From: Bilabrum cf. latius
Taxonomy: Eukaryota
Length of the DNA stretch: 64,000 bases
Assembly: GCA_965178125.1 (NCBI GenBank)
Contig: OZ237740.1
Location: 744,001-808,000, forward strand
Reading direction: 5' to 3'
The notes under the pieces are model-generated. The model had not been told where the DNA came from, ran no database searches, and saw only the letters and a list, made by a program, of their open reading frames with translations. Made by a program: the position numbers and the translations under genes. Below, one piece after another: positions 35,424-49,246 of this stretch (the stretch's first letter is position 1; the number at the start of each line of letters is the position of its first letter).

Positions 35424-36796
35424 ATGGCCGGAGTGGCCGGAGATGAAGCTGAAAAGCGCGCTGCAATTGCTGACTATCAGCAAGTCCTGATGGAGACAAG
35501 AAGATTTGAAGGAGCGTGAGCGTTCGGCCAGGCATGTCTTGTCAGACAGAGCGGCGCTTGTACGATGCTTTTCAGTCTCCCCTCGCTTTAAGTAGGTGCC
35601 CCGCAGATTGAAGGAATCTAGAGAGACGCTAAAAAAGTTGCGAGATGAGAAGGACGGAATCGAGGACAGCCTCGATCGCCTGCGCGTGAGCCACCAAGCC
35701 ACTCAAACCAGAACCGTCACGCATCCATGGTGCTGTGATGCGCTTACAAAATTGTGTATTTCCGTGTCTATTATCGCAGTCTTAGGGACAAACGATTGGC
35801 GAGGTCTTGAAGTAGCTCGACGAAAATCGATTCATCGTGAAAGCCCACAGCGGGCCGCGTTCGGTGGTGGGATGCCGCAAGCAGATCGACCCGAAGACGC
35901 TGAAGACAGGAACGAGAATAGCAATGGACCCTACAACGCTCACAATTATGCGGCCTCTGCCTCGCCAGGTAGACCCGACTGTGTACTCAATGCTGACGGA
36001 GGACCCTGGCAACGTCTCGTTCTCGTCCGTCGGTGGCCTCAGCGAGCAGATCCGGGAGCTTAGGGAGGTAATCGAGCTGCCCCTCACGAATCCAGAGCTA
36101 TTTCATCGCGTGGGAATCAAGCCGCCGAAGGGCGTGCTTCTCTACGGCCCGCCGGGCACCGGCAAGACCCTCCTTGCCCGCGCGCTCGCATGCAACCTCA
36201 AGGCGACCTTCCTCAAGGTCGTGGCATCGGCCGTCGTGGACAAGTACATCGGCGAGAGCGCGCGAGTCATCCGCGAGATGTTTGGCTTCGCGAGGGACCA
36301 CCAGCCCTGCGTGATCTTCATGGACGAGATTGATGCCATCGGTGGGAAGCGGTCCTCGGGGGGCTCGAGCGCAGACCGCGAGATCCAGCGCACCCTCATG
36401 GAGCTGCTGAACCAGCTGGATGGGTTCGAGTCGCTGGGCAAGGTGAAGGTGGTCATGGCCACCAACAGGCCCGACATACTGGACCCCGCCCTGCTCCGGC
36501 CGGGACGCCTCGACCGAAAGGTGGAGATCCCGCTGCCCAACGAGACCTCCCGCATGGACATCATCAAGATCCACGCAGAGAAGATCTTGAAGCGAGGGGC
36601 GATCGACTGGGAGGCTGTAGTCAAGCTGACCGATGGTTTTAACGGCGCGGATCTCAGGAACGTGTGCACGGAGGCGGGCATGTTTGCCATCCGGGCGGAG
36701 CGTGACTACTGCATCGAGGAGGACTTCCTGCGGGCTGCTCGCAAGTTGGCAGAGAACAAGAAGCTTGAGACGAAGCTGGACTACTCCAAGGTTTGA
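35424..36796 (+). CDS. RPT4: 26S proteasome AAA-ATPase subunit Rpt4/PSMC6; exons 35424-35515, 35607-35685, 35780-36796
   Basis: GQTIGEVLK[TAG][58 protein letters not shown]-terminal KLDY. Confidence 0.95.
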
Positions 36797-36926
36797 TGTG
36801 TGTGTGCCCCGTGCTGCTATCCATGGATTCGAATGCCACCATACAACAACAACAGCAAATGCCGAGTGGCCTGCTCGTCACACTCGACCTGAACAGCTCC
36901 ATCTGCAACTGCACTTTTGGGAGTAA

Positions 36927-38546
36927 ATGCGAGCGACTTCGGCCGGAGCCATGCGACGCATTATACGGGGACGATGTATGATACTTTATTTGCACCGAAA
37001 ACGGCCTTGCATTGAATCAATTTCAACCAGTGCTGCCACATCGCGACAGGGCACCAAGCCTTCTGGCAACCGTAGGCCGCCCCAGAGCAAGGGCCGAAGA
37101 CCCCCAGAGCAACGCCGTCACACGGAAACATCCAAAACAATAGAAGCTGCAGTTTATGGTAGACACTCAGTGCGAGCCGCTATTGCCTTCCGTGCGCGGC
37201 CTATCCACCGGCTCTGGGTGCACGACGCCAAAGCGCACTCGTTATTCAGGGCTTGCAACGATGTGTAGAGAGCAGCGTAGCAGCATAGGAGCGTTATTCA
37301 ATCTAGGCGTGGCTACAAGGGGGGCACAGTACCCGACGAGACGCAGCAGCGCAGGCAGCTCGAGTTCCAGGCAAGCATCGAAGCGGCAGCCAAGCTTGCT
37401 GAGCCTATCAAGCAAGCTCTTGCAACGGTTATCAGCCCAAGTACACCTCCCAAGCAGGCTGAAAAGGCACCAGGAACAAAGGCAGAGAAGCTCAGCCTGC
37501 GGCAATCCGCCGAGATCATCACCGGGGACGGTCAGCTCGGCAGCGTGGTTCTGGAGGCCGCTCGCAATGGCCTCCGGATCGCACTCTGTGACCGGTCCGA
37601 TCTCCAGCGCACGGCCCAAGGTCGCCCGCACTAGGGTGTCATGCTAGAGGCAAACGCGCTGGAGCTACCCCTCTGGCAAGACCAGGTCAGGGCAGCGAAG
37701 CTGGCTACCTCGGGCATTGCGGCCGCGCGGGCCAGCGGGATGACGAGGGCAGGCCCAGTGGCACCCTCCTGGTGGGCCTCCCATGCCAGCGCAGCACCTC
37801 CCCTGGTGGTCGCAGCGGATGGAATCCAGGATCCGCAGAACCTGGGGGCGATCCTCCGGTCTGCGTTGTTCCTTGGAGCCGACGGAGTGGTGGTCGCTGA
37901 AGGGACCTGCGCCCCCCTCCGAGCAGCCGCTTGCAGGGCGGCTTCTGGCGCGGCGGACGCGTGGGTGGGAGCGGGCCGGCTGCTTCGAGCGAAAGGTCTG
38001 CCTCAGGTCCTGAATGACATGAAGTCTGCAGGCTGGCGGATCCTGGTGGCGGATGCCGTGGACGACGATGGAGAGGGAGCGTCTGGTGGACCTGCGGCAC
38101 GAGGGGGTGCAGCCACTAGCGGTGAGCAAGGCGCGTTGGCGAACCTCAGCGTGTGGGATCTGAAACGAGATCAGCCTACCATACTCATTCTGGGCAACGA
38201 GGGCGAGGGCGTGCGGTGGTCCGTGCGGAACGAAGCAACTGCTTGCGTTGGGATACCTCGGGTGCTCCCCGCCGGATTGCTGGCCAGTATGGCGCGCACA
38301 GAAGATGGAGATGATACACCTGTGCCTTAGCGTGCAGAAATGCCCGCACCGCGCGCAATGGCTGCCTAGATCGGGCGTTTGCGAGCCGCCACGGAAAGCC
38401 TCAACGTGTCAGCCGCCGCTTCGATCCTCATTGGCAGGCTAGGTGCTTGGGATGGGACTTCTGGGAAACCTCCTAGCACAGCAGGTGCTATAGATGCGTA
38501 GCTTTCGGGGCGTGGAGGCGGAGAGGAAGACCAGCTGCGGCAGTAA
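36927..38546 (+). CDS. SpoU/TrmH-family rRNA 2'-O-methyltransferase (MRM1/RlmB-like)
   Basis: YGRHSVRAAI, DGIQDPQNLGAILRSA, LILGNEGEG, and ESLNVSAAASIL lying after two TAGs; TAA stop; start uncertain. Confidence 0.85.
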
Positions 38547-38806
38547 GGCTGATTTGTGAGGCTGTCGAGCAGGTTCCTGGCGCCGCGCTTAGATATGTTC
38601 CGCTGCACAGAATCGAGGCTTGCAGATCTTACACGCCACACACTACCATTCTCCCAGGCATTTGGTGCGTGTATCCTCGCAATAGCTCAGTATTAGGGTA
38701 TCTGATCAGTTTGTCGGGGTAGCCAAGAGATTGAAGCACACTCTGAAAACTTGAAGGGAATCGCCGAGCGATATTTTGAATAGGAAGCAGGAACCCGTAG
38801 GCTAAC

Positions 38807-41800
38807 ATGGCCGTTCCCAATGAAAAACTGCTTCTGAGTAAAAACTACGTATTAAAATCTCCAGCATCGAAGCTCTTGCAAAGGCTTGTTGCCGAAGAAA
38901 GCCTACTTACGAAGCTCGAGCACAACGACGACAGTCCAGTTCCAAATGGCGTCGAGCACGTGGCCAAGCAGATCGCTGATCGCCGCATCGCTAAGCATAA
39001 GGATGACGTAAGGAATTAAGACCGCTTTTCGATCGATTCAGTTTGGGTGATGGGTCGAAGCATGCTGCATGAGTGCACGAAATTGTTTTGGACGGGCCAA
39101 GAGCACCTGCTTGTCCTTGCTGGAGCCTCAATCGCAGTCTATTCGCCGAGTTGCAGGGTGCTGCTTGATGGAGATATTCCGTATATATGCACCGGAACCT
39201 CCTTTGGACGAAGACGAAGTGGATGTAAGGCCTGCCGAAGGATTGAGAACGCCTCGAGTGCGCGCTGATTCCAACATAGTAATGTCCCAACCCGAACCCT
39301 CCCCAAACCCGCAGGCATCGCTCGAGTGCATCGTAGAGTGTCTGAGAGGACTCTCTCAAGGACCGGTGTCCGGTGACGAGAAAGAAGGCGAGCGCGGCGA
39401 CAAGTACACGCGCGCCAGGATCGTGCTGGACCAGCTCGTCGACTGCCAGGCAGCGGTGGCCGTGGCGGACCACGCCGTCGACTTTGATCGGCCGGACCTC
39501 CTCATGAAGATGTACCGATACATCCTCGGCGCCCTGCACCGCCGCCAGCAGAGCGCCGTGGTGCAGCAGTCACTCGAGTGCCTCTCCATGGCCCTGCACA
39601 GGCTGGAGCCGCCTCAGGTGCCCCACATTGTGGCAGAGGAGCTGCTGGAATTTGCATGCGGGCGGAAGGGGGAGGAGCGCGGGCGCATGCAGGAGACGGC
39701 CATGCAGGTGATCCGGTAGAACCCGCAGCACCTGAGGTCCTATGTAGAGGCGGTCATGGACAAGGTCCTCGGCAAGGTGGACGGCCCTGCGAGCGGGGCC
39801 GGTGCAGGGGGGGGTGACGAGGAGGAGGAGGAGGAGGCCCGGGATGGCGGCGACAAAGGTGGTGCCCGCATCATGTACGGGCAGTGGGAGGGCCTGCAGA
39901 CCATCACCCGTGTGGTGGCGCAGGCAGCCCACCCCCTGCTGCTCTACCTCGTGCCCCGCCTCGGCGCCGAGCTCAGGAACGTTGACGCAAGCTCGAGGGA
40001 GAACGCGTGCCTCACCGTCAGCGGTGTGTTCTGCAACTCCGCGCCCGCTGGGGAACAGCCGTTCGCCGCGCAGTTCGCCCGCGAGTTCGGCCTGCTGCTC
40101 GCCTGCGTCACGGACAGGGACGAGCACGTGAGGGTGACGGCCGTGCCGCACGTGGGCGAGATCGCCATGCAGCAGCCGGCGCTGTGCAGGCGCTGCTGCC
40201 ACGCACTTGAGTGTGCCTTGGTAGACGAGAGCAACGCCGTGCGATCCGCCGCGGTGTCTGCACTCGCCCGCGTGGCTCGCCAGAACCCCACGATGGTTCC
40301 CTCGTCTAGCGTGTCTGCGATGGCAGACCGGCTCTTTGACAAGCTGCCTGCCGTGGGTGTCAACGCCGCTGACGGTCTCGGTCGCCTTTACGGAGACGCG
40401 CTGGCGGGGCTGGCCGCAGGGGTGCAGGAAGACGGGAGTGGGGCCGTGACGAGCCTAATCGACATCTACGGTACGGGTGCCGCCGCAGAGGCGATCAAGG
40501 CTTCGGGCGGGGTCGTGGGCTTCGAATCGGAGGGGGGCGGCAGCCAGGCATCCATGGCAGATGACTCGGAGGAAGAGGAGGAGGAAGCTGACAGTGACGA
40601 AGACGAGGGTGAAGAGGACGAGGACGAAGCACCGAGGCGGTCGAAGAAGAGGGGCAAGGCCAAGCCTGCCCCCAAGTCGTCCAAGAGAGCTAAAGGCAAG
40701 GGCGGGAAGAAGGGGCCAGACTCTGGTGCGGGTGACAGCTCCGTCGTCCCGTCCGCCCAGGTTCCGTCCCACCTGGCCGTGCCTGCCCTCAGGGACTCTG
40801 ACCAGGCTCTCATCGGCAAGCTGTGGTGGATTCCGGACGCGCTCCTTCGCTCCTACACTGACCTGTCTGTGCAGGGGCGCATGAGAGTCGTGCAGATATT
40901 CGATCTGGTGCTCGTGCCTGCGCATGCACCCGAGGTCGAGAAGGCTTTCAGGCTGCTGGTTGTGGCTGCAGGGCTATCCACGAAGGGGTTTAACGGACTT
41001 GTTGCCGTCCTGTAGGCCCGCCAGCGTGGTCAGGCTGCCGTTCGAGAGGTGGTGGAGCTCGTCCGCAAGGGCCAGCACACGGCCACATTCGACGACGAGG
41101 GTGGTGATGCGGCCGAGGACAGCGATGAAGAGGAAGAGGAAGAGGACGATGGTGAGTCAGCCGGCAGCAAGAAGGGAAAGAAGGGCAAAGGCAAGGCCTC
41201 CGGCAAAGGCAAGGCCAAGGGCAAGGGCAAGGCTGCGGCAAGCGGCAGCCAGGCGTGGTCAGAGCTATCCAAGGCATCCCAAGCCGCAGTAACCAAGCTG
41301 CTGGCCGCCTGCCCCCACTCGAGCGACGAAGCCACCAGCCTTGCCAAGGAGGGTCTCGCAAAGGTGGTGCTCAGCCCTGACAGGAACGTGATCCGCCTGT
41401 TGCAGGCCGCGTGCTCTCCCATGTCTGTCCCTGCAGATGCCCTCAAGGCGAAGAAGGAGCTGACGGACCGGCTCAAGCTCGCTGACGCGGGTGACGTCAG
41501 CTCCGGGTCGGGCAGCAGGGCTCGCCGCGCGAAGGGCGGAGGCAAGCCTGCCGAGGACCAGACGTCCAGGTTCCACGCACTGCGGCCATGCCTCAAGACG
41601 TGCCAGATGCTGCAGCTGGGCGTGGACGTCGTGCCCTACATGCTGCGGCTGCTTCGCTGCGCTGCCGACGAGCTGGGCGAGGGTGGCGGTGCCCATGCCG
41701 CCGCTGTCGCCCTGGAATCGTCGGGCTTGTGTGCCTCTGCGGCTGCCGACGTGTGGTCTGTGAGGTCAAGCTAGCTGGACGACCGGGAGCTCGTCACCGG

Positions 41801-44567
41801 TGACGACAGGACTGGTGGGTTCGGGCCCGGGGTGGGCGCCGCGGGAGAGTCCGAGGCAACGGCGCAGGCAGAGCATCGTATGGAGCAAGGCGGCGGCTCT
41901 GCTGCAGCGGAGGGAATCGTGGGGTCCGCACAGGCCAGCGCCGCAGCTGCAGCGGCCTCTGCTGGTGACGGTGCGTCCTCTGCCCGCACGGAGCGAGAGC
42001 AGGCCCTAGCGGCCGCGAGATCGGATGCCTCCGAGTCGGCCCACGAGAAGGGATCCAGTGCTCTTGCAGAGGCGTACCCGTGGGGTGGGCCCCACCTTGC
42101 CCAGGCCGTGTCGCGCGGCGGCTCGCTTCTCATGCGCGTCGCGAAGCTGTTCCCTCAGGTGCTGGCGGCGTGCCACGAAGATCTCACGGACCTGTGCAGG
42201 ACGGCATACCCGCCCACCGCATTGGCTGCAGCTCGCGGGGTGGGCCTGTGCGCCCAGCAGCTCAGGGACAGGCACCCGATCGCTTGCAAAGGCATCCGTC
42301 AGCTGCTGCTGGACTACGCGTGCGGCCGGGACGCCAAGGTGGCCTCGGCCGCTACTGCTGCACTTCTGAAGCTGTTCCCAGTTGCGCAATCCGGCAAGTC
42401 CGCTGGCAAGCTGGACTCCAGCCTCCAGCGAGTGGTGGACGGCTGCAAGGACGCCCTCGAGTCGGACTCGCTGGAGGCCCTCGCGGCTCGCGCGGAGGAA
42501 GAGCAAGGCAACCCGAGGGGCGACAGCTCGGCTCCTTCCCCTCCCAAGAGCAGGAAGAAAGACAAGAGAGGCAAGAGGTCCTCCTAGGGCAGTCAGGAGG
42601 CCCCCTCGCCCGGCAAGTTGGGTGCGATGGCCGGCCCCCGTGACTCGATCGAGGCATATGGGGTCGCCTTGGCAGTCCTTGGAAGCCTGGCCACGGAAGC
42701 CCCGGCTGTGTGGCTGTCGCACGGCTTGGATGACCTAGTAGATTCCGCGGTGATCCAGGGTGTTCTGGGGGCAAAGAAGAAGGCGAGCGGAGGTGCCGGC
42801 TCTGGCAAGGCCGCAGATTCTAGGAAGAGGCCCCGGTCTGCACTCGCTTCCCTAGGGCAGAGCGAAGTACTCGCAGAGCAGCAAACTGCGTGCGAATCGT
42901 GCTCCGTGCAGGCGGCGTGCCACTCACAGGCAATCGCGCTGGCCGCCAGCAGAGCCCTCGGGCTATGGAACCGGTTTGCAGAGCAGCAGCGCACCGCGTC
43001 CCGGCCGGGCGAGTCGGTCACTCGCGAGGACACGATGGAGGCAGGCAAGGCCGCCGTCATGACCATTTCGTCCGCGCTTGTGACCGTAATCTAGAAGGGG
43101 GGCGGGGCATAGTCTGGCAGCCGTGATGACGGGGCCATCGACGACCGGGCTGCAGTGCTCAGCGCCTGCTGCCGCGCACTGCTGGAGCTCTCCACGAACC
43201 GGATGTTCCTGGAGACCATGTACAAGGTGCAGGGCACGCTGCTGAGCCGCGTGGATCCTGCGATCGAGAAGGACGACAGGGTGCGATTCGCGGTGGTGGC
43301 GTCAGCCATCCGCGGGCTGAGGAGCGGTGCCGCACCTCTGCAGGCCCTTGGCCTGCTGGCCGCCGCCACTGCGCTGGGGTCTGGCAGCGTGCGAGCCATC
43401 GGCGACTCCACTCTGCAGGTCGCAGTGCAGCGGTACAGGAACTTCCACGCGCTGAAGCAGAACCAGCTCCAGCAGCAGCTCGATGCGCGGGAGAGGCGAG
43501 GTGAAGAGAGCGGATCCGCCGGCATCAAGGCCGTGCAGCAGGCCATGCTGCGCACAAGAGCGAGGTATCAACCGGAGCTTGCCTTCCCGCTGCTCATGCA
43601 CTCCCTGTGCCACGTCGAAGGCTTCCCCAGCGAGGTGCAGCTCGCCACCGTCAGCAGCGAGGGTCCCGACGCAGTGTTCAAGCTCCTGGGTACGCAGGCG
43701 AGGGCCTTGCTGGTGCTGCTGGACGCCCTGCGTGCTGGCAGCACCACTGCAGTGGCCTTCGGTTTCCGTGCCGTTGGCGTGCTAGAGCAATGCGACGATG
43801 CCCTGCGTCCCAACTCGGGCCGCTTGTCCGTGGTGCTGGCAGTTGCCAGGCTGGTGCTGGGATCTAGGGTGAAGACCGTGGACGACTCGCAGCCGCTGTC
43901 AGTGCCTCTACCTCTCCCACGCGTGTTCACGCGGAAGCAGCCGCAGGCAGGGGGGCACTCGCCGGCCATCGCCGCTTCGCTGCAGGCGGTTCGCGTGCTG
44001 GGTGATGCCGACCCCAAGGCTCTGCCATCCGCCATCACAAGCAGCAGCCGCCGCGGCGCGCCGACCACGCCGTCTCGCAAACCAGCGGGCAAGCAGAGGA
44101 GCAGCAGCGGCAGGCGCCGCCCTGCGACCCCGGACACCGTGGGTCGCTTCGGAGATGCTGCCGCCGGCAAGGGCTCAAGGAAATCCGCAGGAGGCAGCTC
44201 GGTGAAGAGGCCGAAGAAGAAAACGAGCAAGCGCGTGAAGCAGTCCAAGGGCGCGAAGCTGGCCGCGATGGCCGACGCCATGGGCAGCAGCGATGAGGAC
44301 AGCGAGGAAGAAGAGGATGAGGTTCTGCCGAGCGCCTCGCGCCGAACCACGGGCAGGGGTTCACGAGGAGGTAGCTCCGCCGTGGTGGAGAGCAAGAGCC
44401 CCGAGCACGGCGAGGACAGCGGTGAAGAGGGTGGAGAGGACTCGCTCGCGTCCCCTCCACGGCGTGACCGCTTGCATAAGGGCAAGAAGGGCGCGGCCCG
44501 GCCTGAAGGTGACTCGACGGGCAAGCCGAAGCCGTCGCGGCGCAGCCGGCGAGCGGTACGTGGGTGA
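38807..44567 (+). CDS. PDS5: Sister chromatid cohesion protein PDS5-like; introns 39008-39137 and 39225-39314
   Basis: KHKDD/SIRRVAGCCLMEIFRIYAPEPP, HEAT repeats, YQPELAFPLLMHSLCH; six TAGs join the fragments; TGA stop. Confidence 0.85.
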
Positions 44568-44755
44568 CTTAAGCTCGTCACCAGCAACCGCATCTAATCA
44601 GAGTATCCGGAACAGAATCCGGATTTGTGATTCATTGTGTAGACGGTATACAAATTGCTAGCATTCCAATTAATTCTAGATCAAGCAACTGTTTACGACG
44701 CACGAGCAACAACACGACCAAGTGGTTAGACGACCAGCTACACGCAGCTCGGCTC

Positions 44756-47700
44756 TCAGTACCGCACCCGGATCGCGCTCTGGCGCCGCTGAGAGGAAGC
44801 TCCACCGGCGGCCCCACCGGTCGCCGCGCTCGACGCCACGGATGTCCGCCTGCTTTGCGACCTCAAGCCGGTAGCCCTGGCAGCCTAGGGCTCCTTGAGA
44901 TCCGGCGGGGCGCTTGCCGTCTCGCCCAAGTCGTAGTCGTGCAAGTACCGGTTCAAGGCGCGGAGGAACTGCCGCTCTGCGTCCCTCTGGGTGATGCGCT
45001 TGATGGCAGCCGCCGCCCTCGCTGCGAGCGTGTCCAGCTCTCGATCCAGCGCGCGGTCGAAGTCCTTGATCGTCTCTGCGACCAGCTAAGCCATGGCGCC
45101 CGCGCTTGTGTCGAGCTGCTTCCGGTGCTTGCGATACCACGCCTGGGCCAGCCGAGCCTGGGCTCCGAGTCGGTGAACCCTGTGCTTGATGGCGTCCTCA
45201 AGCACCTTCATGACTGCTTGCGACGTGACTGACGCCACGCTCGTGGTAGACTCGTCGCCGGTGAGACCCTCGCCGTCCGATATCGATTCTCCGTCTGATT
45301 CGGCCCCGTGACCCTCGTCGTCAGCACCTGCCCCGCTTGCAGCGGTTGCCCTGGCCGCAGCGGCTGCGCGTCGTTCCGCGATTTTCAGCTCTCTGTAAAG
45401 GTCCGACAGCACCTCGCCAGACATCACTCGACGCCACTCTCTGGCGAAGGGCAGTGGCAGCGGACTGCCGTCCTTGTCCAGCTGCTTGAGGTCAACCTTG
45501 GGATCGCCATGCTTGAGTAGCATGCGCACACCAGCACTTTTCCCAGACTTGCCCCCGGCGGCTTTTCCTGCACCTTTCTTTTCCTGTGCAGCTGCCCTCT
45601 TGCCTATGTGCTTCCGACTGGGCACCCGGTAGTCGCTGCCGACACCCGGCCGCACGATCGAATCCCAGTCGTTGCCATCGCCAGCATCCTCCCCATTAGA
45701 CCCAGCCGACGGCACCACGCCGCGATAGGCAGCGTGGGACCGTGGGATGCGGAGCAGCATGCGCCGCACCCTCTCCCTGTGGAAGTCCATCTCCCAGTCC
45801 TGACACAGTGGAAGGTCGACGAGGATCACCGACGCGCAGGCGGCAGCGCACGCCGCTGCGCGGAGGTCCAGGCGCTCCTTGTACTTGCGCCAGCTGCCCG
45901 CCAGCCTGGCTTCGTGCTCGTCCAAGTAGCCCCGCCTCTTGCGGCCTAGCGCCACCGCCAGCTCCACGGCACCTCCCGGTGCGGCGATTTGCCGCTTTTC
46001 GATGGGCAGCTTGCCGTCCTCGTCTTTTTGCTTCTCGGCCTCTGCGTCGAGAGAGTTGGGCTCGGCGGGCGGCTCGCTCATCTTGAGCTCTTGGTTGAAC
46101 GTGTCGCAGAAGTATTTTTGCGCGGTGGGTCGGCTGGGGCACAGGTGGACGGCGGCCTCCGTGGCAGCCAGGTTGGCGGGAATGTCGCGGTCGGCGCAGT
46201 CGGGCAGCTCTGCGCAGCACTGCGCCGCGACCTGAGCCAGCGTGGTGGCCTGCAGCTTGATCCTCGCCATGAAAGTGATGAACCTCCTCCGCAGGCGCTG
46301 CTGGCTCTGGTCCAGCCTCACGCGGCGTGCCGCCGCTGCGATGTCTGTGAACAGCTTCACGGCCGCCATGTTAGGGAAGCCTCTGAAAGAGGAGATGGGT
46401 GGCAGCTTCATGCGGCGAGACTCTGCTGAAGGAGCGCTGTCGCTTCCAGCGCCCGACGCGGCGGGTCCCGGCTCTCCCCCATCCTCCTCGTCACCGTCAT
46501 CCAGCTGCCTGTCTTCATCTTCCGATGCAATCCTGGCGCGATCACCAGAGCTTGCCAGCTCTCTCCAGAAGCACGACCGGATGGCGTCCCCATCTGGCTG
46601 CTGCGAGCCCAGCACGAGCCATGAGGCCGCCTCGGGGCTGTCCGCGGTGACGTCGAAGCCAAGGCGGTCGGCATCGCCAGAGTCGGCCGCTTTACCGGCC
46701 TTGCCCTTCGCTGCAGCCCCCTTGCCCTTCTTTGCGTTGGCTGCGTCTCCTTGCTGGAACCGGAGCCTGCGCATCTTTGCGATCGAAGGGAACGCGAAGT
46801 AGGACGCGTCCAACTCCACGGCGTGCGACGGGGCCTTGCCTTTGGCCCCTGCCTCTGCCGCTGCCTTGCTGGCTTTCTCTGAGCCGACGGAGGAAACGCC
46901 GCCCTTGGCACCCGCAGCGTCTTTGCCGCCCTTGCCCTTCTTGGCCTTGGCAATCTTGCTCTTGAATTTAGAGGCTGCCGAGGCCACTCCACCTGCGACG
47001 CCAGCCTGGGACGCTGCGTGGGCAGCTTCCGTTTTCGCCTTCTGCAGCTTCTGCCGAAGCGCTTCGTGCCGATCGGCGGCCTTCTTTGCCTGCGTGTCCA
47101 CGTCCTTCTCGTCCTGCTGAGTCGCCAGGAACACGAGCTTCCGCAGCTGCACCCACTCGTCCTGGCCACCGCCATCCGCCCCTGCACCGGCCCCACTTGC
47201 AGCAGTGGCAGACCCGACATCGACTCCAAGCGACCTGGCGGAGTTCATCGCAAAGTGCAGGAGCCTGCACACCCTCACTCTAAGGTCGCCCCACCTGGGC
47301 CGATTGTCTGCATCTGCATCAGGATCCCCCTCCTATGAATCCGTCGCAACCCACGAGTTCTCCCCGCCTTCCTAGGCCTCAGCGAGCCCCGCGGAAACCA
47401 CCTCAAGGAACCTTCCTCGGGCCGATGAGAACCTTCGTCGCACCAGTCCTGTTGCCACTCGAACTCTACGCGCCACGGCAGGCAGGCTGGGCGCCTCAGC
47501 CCCGGCGATCTCTCGGATGCCCACGGCCGCCACTTGACCGACAGCTTCCGCCTGGGCGACTGTCGCGTCCCTGACGCGTCGGTACGCCGTCAGCAGCGTG
47601 CGCTTGGCTCGCATGATCTGGTTGATACGCAGCTTGAGCCGGAACTGTGCAAAGCCCAAGGCCGCCTCGATGGAGGGCAGGGGCAGCCTCTCCGCCTCGG

Positions 47701-48649
47701 CCGCTTCAGTCTGCTCCTCATGCGTTCGGTCGAGGAGCGTGGAGGCAGCACCGCCTGTCTTGCCGCCTCGGGCTGCCTTCGCATGCAAAGCGGCTTCTTT
47801 CTGCTTCATCTGGTCTAGCTGCGCAGTGGCAGTGTCAACGAACGTCTTGGCACCGAGGGGACCGGTGGGCACCCTGCCTGCGCACTTTCTGGCCCTCTCG
47901 AAGATCGCCTTTGCCTCTCGCGGCATGGCCGTGCTGAGCGCCTGGATGTGCCCTGTGAATGTCTCTGCCAGTGCTTTGGCCTGCAGCTTGATCCTCGCCA
48001 CCCCCTTCTTGCCCGCGTCCTGCACGACCATGGACGAGTCGTTGAGCTTCTTCAGGCGGCTCGACTTCAGCGTCTCGATGTGCTGCACCACCTCGGCGAC
48101 CGAGCCAAAGGCCCCTTTCTCATCTTCGCCTGCATCTGCGCCGCCTCGGGCGGCCTCCCGCTCCTTCCGGGCCGCTTTCTGAGAGTCGGGGTCTGGCCTG
48201 GACGGCGGCTTGATCGGTGCGGGAGATGTCACCGGTGCTGGTGCTTTGGCAGTGGAAGACTTCCTGCCCCCCCGCTTGGCACTAGAAGCACTTGCACCAG
48301 TCTGTGCTAGCCCCTCGATTCCAACGGAAGAGGATTTCCTGCCCTTTGGCTTGACAGAGGACCGTCGACCCGTCTTGCCTGTCGCTGATCCGCCCGCCCC
48401 TGCCGTACCGGCTGCAGCGCTGGCCACTTTGGACGGAGTAATAGGCATAGGGTCCTCTCCAATCTCATCTTCGGCAGCGCTTTTCTTCCTTCTCTCTTCA
48501 GAAGCAGTGCTAGAAGCGGTCTTTCCGCCTTTTGCCTTCGACTTCTTTTTGCCCCCTTTCCCTTTTCCAGCGGCCGGTCCGGGACCATCCCCCTTCCCTT
48601 TGCTTTCAAGTCGCTATTTTAGCGTAAATGCGCCACCAGCTGCTGCCAT
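44756..48649 (-). CDS. Hypothetical Ala/Lys/Gly-rich protein (~1300 aa with TAG=Gln)
   Basis: ORFs 47372-48448 and 45086-47278 share a frame and extend over TAGs to ATG 48649 and TGA 44756; no recognised domain. Confidence 0.7.
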
Positions 48650-49246
48650 GCTTCCCTGGGGTCAGACAGGTTCAGGAGACGTGCGGGCTGCAATGGTCTT
48701 CGAAGACTCTAGTACACTGGTCCACACAAGCGGTCCTATATGACCCTTATGTAAGCAATGATTCAATACAACGAGCACCAGGATCGAATTGGAGCCCGGC
48801 TACGATGTTGTGAGCAGGAGACGAATCACCCATCACTCCCGGCCGATGATGCGCCGCCGGCGGCCATGGTTCCGTTCACTCCCGGCCGACGAGTAGTCCC
48901 TGCTGGGCATACATCTGAACAGTTCCTGCATTCCACAGTATCAGTTGGCCCAAATATCTGACAATAGACGCGCCGCTGCGCCCTTAGTCTCCTTCTTGTA
49001 GTACACACTTGAATTCCACTTTATCGGTAGCCCTTCCTTGACGCTCCGCAAACCCAACTTCCTCGTGTCGATTAGTGCGATCACGCTCATACCCATGCAA
49101 AGTATGAAAATATCAATCTTAATCATGGGGACAAGAGCGAGGCCCGTCCCTTTGCTTCCATTTTGCGCAATGAGATGGATCCGATCCTAACTGCAACTGC
49201 GGCCTTGCCAACAGAGTCTCGCTCATTTGGAATCCAAAAGCCGCAA

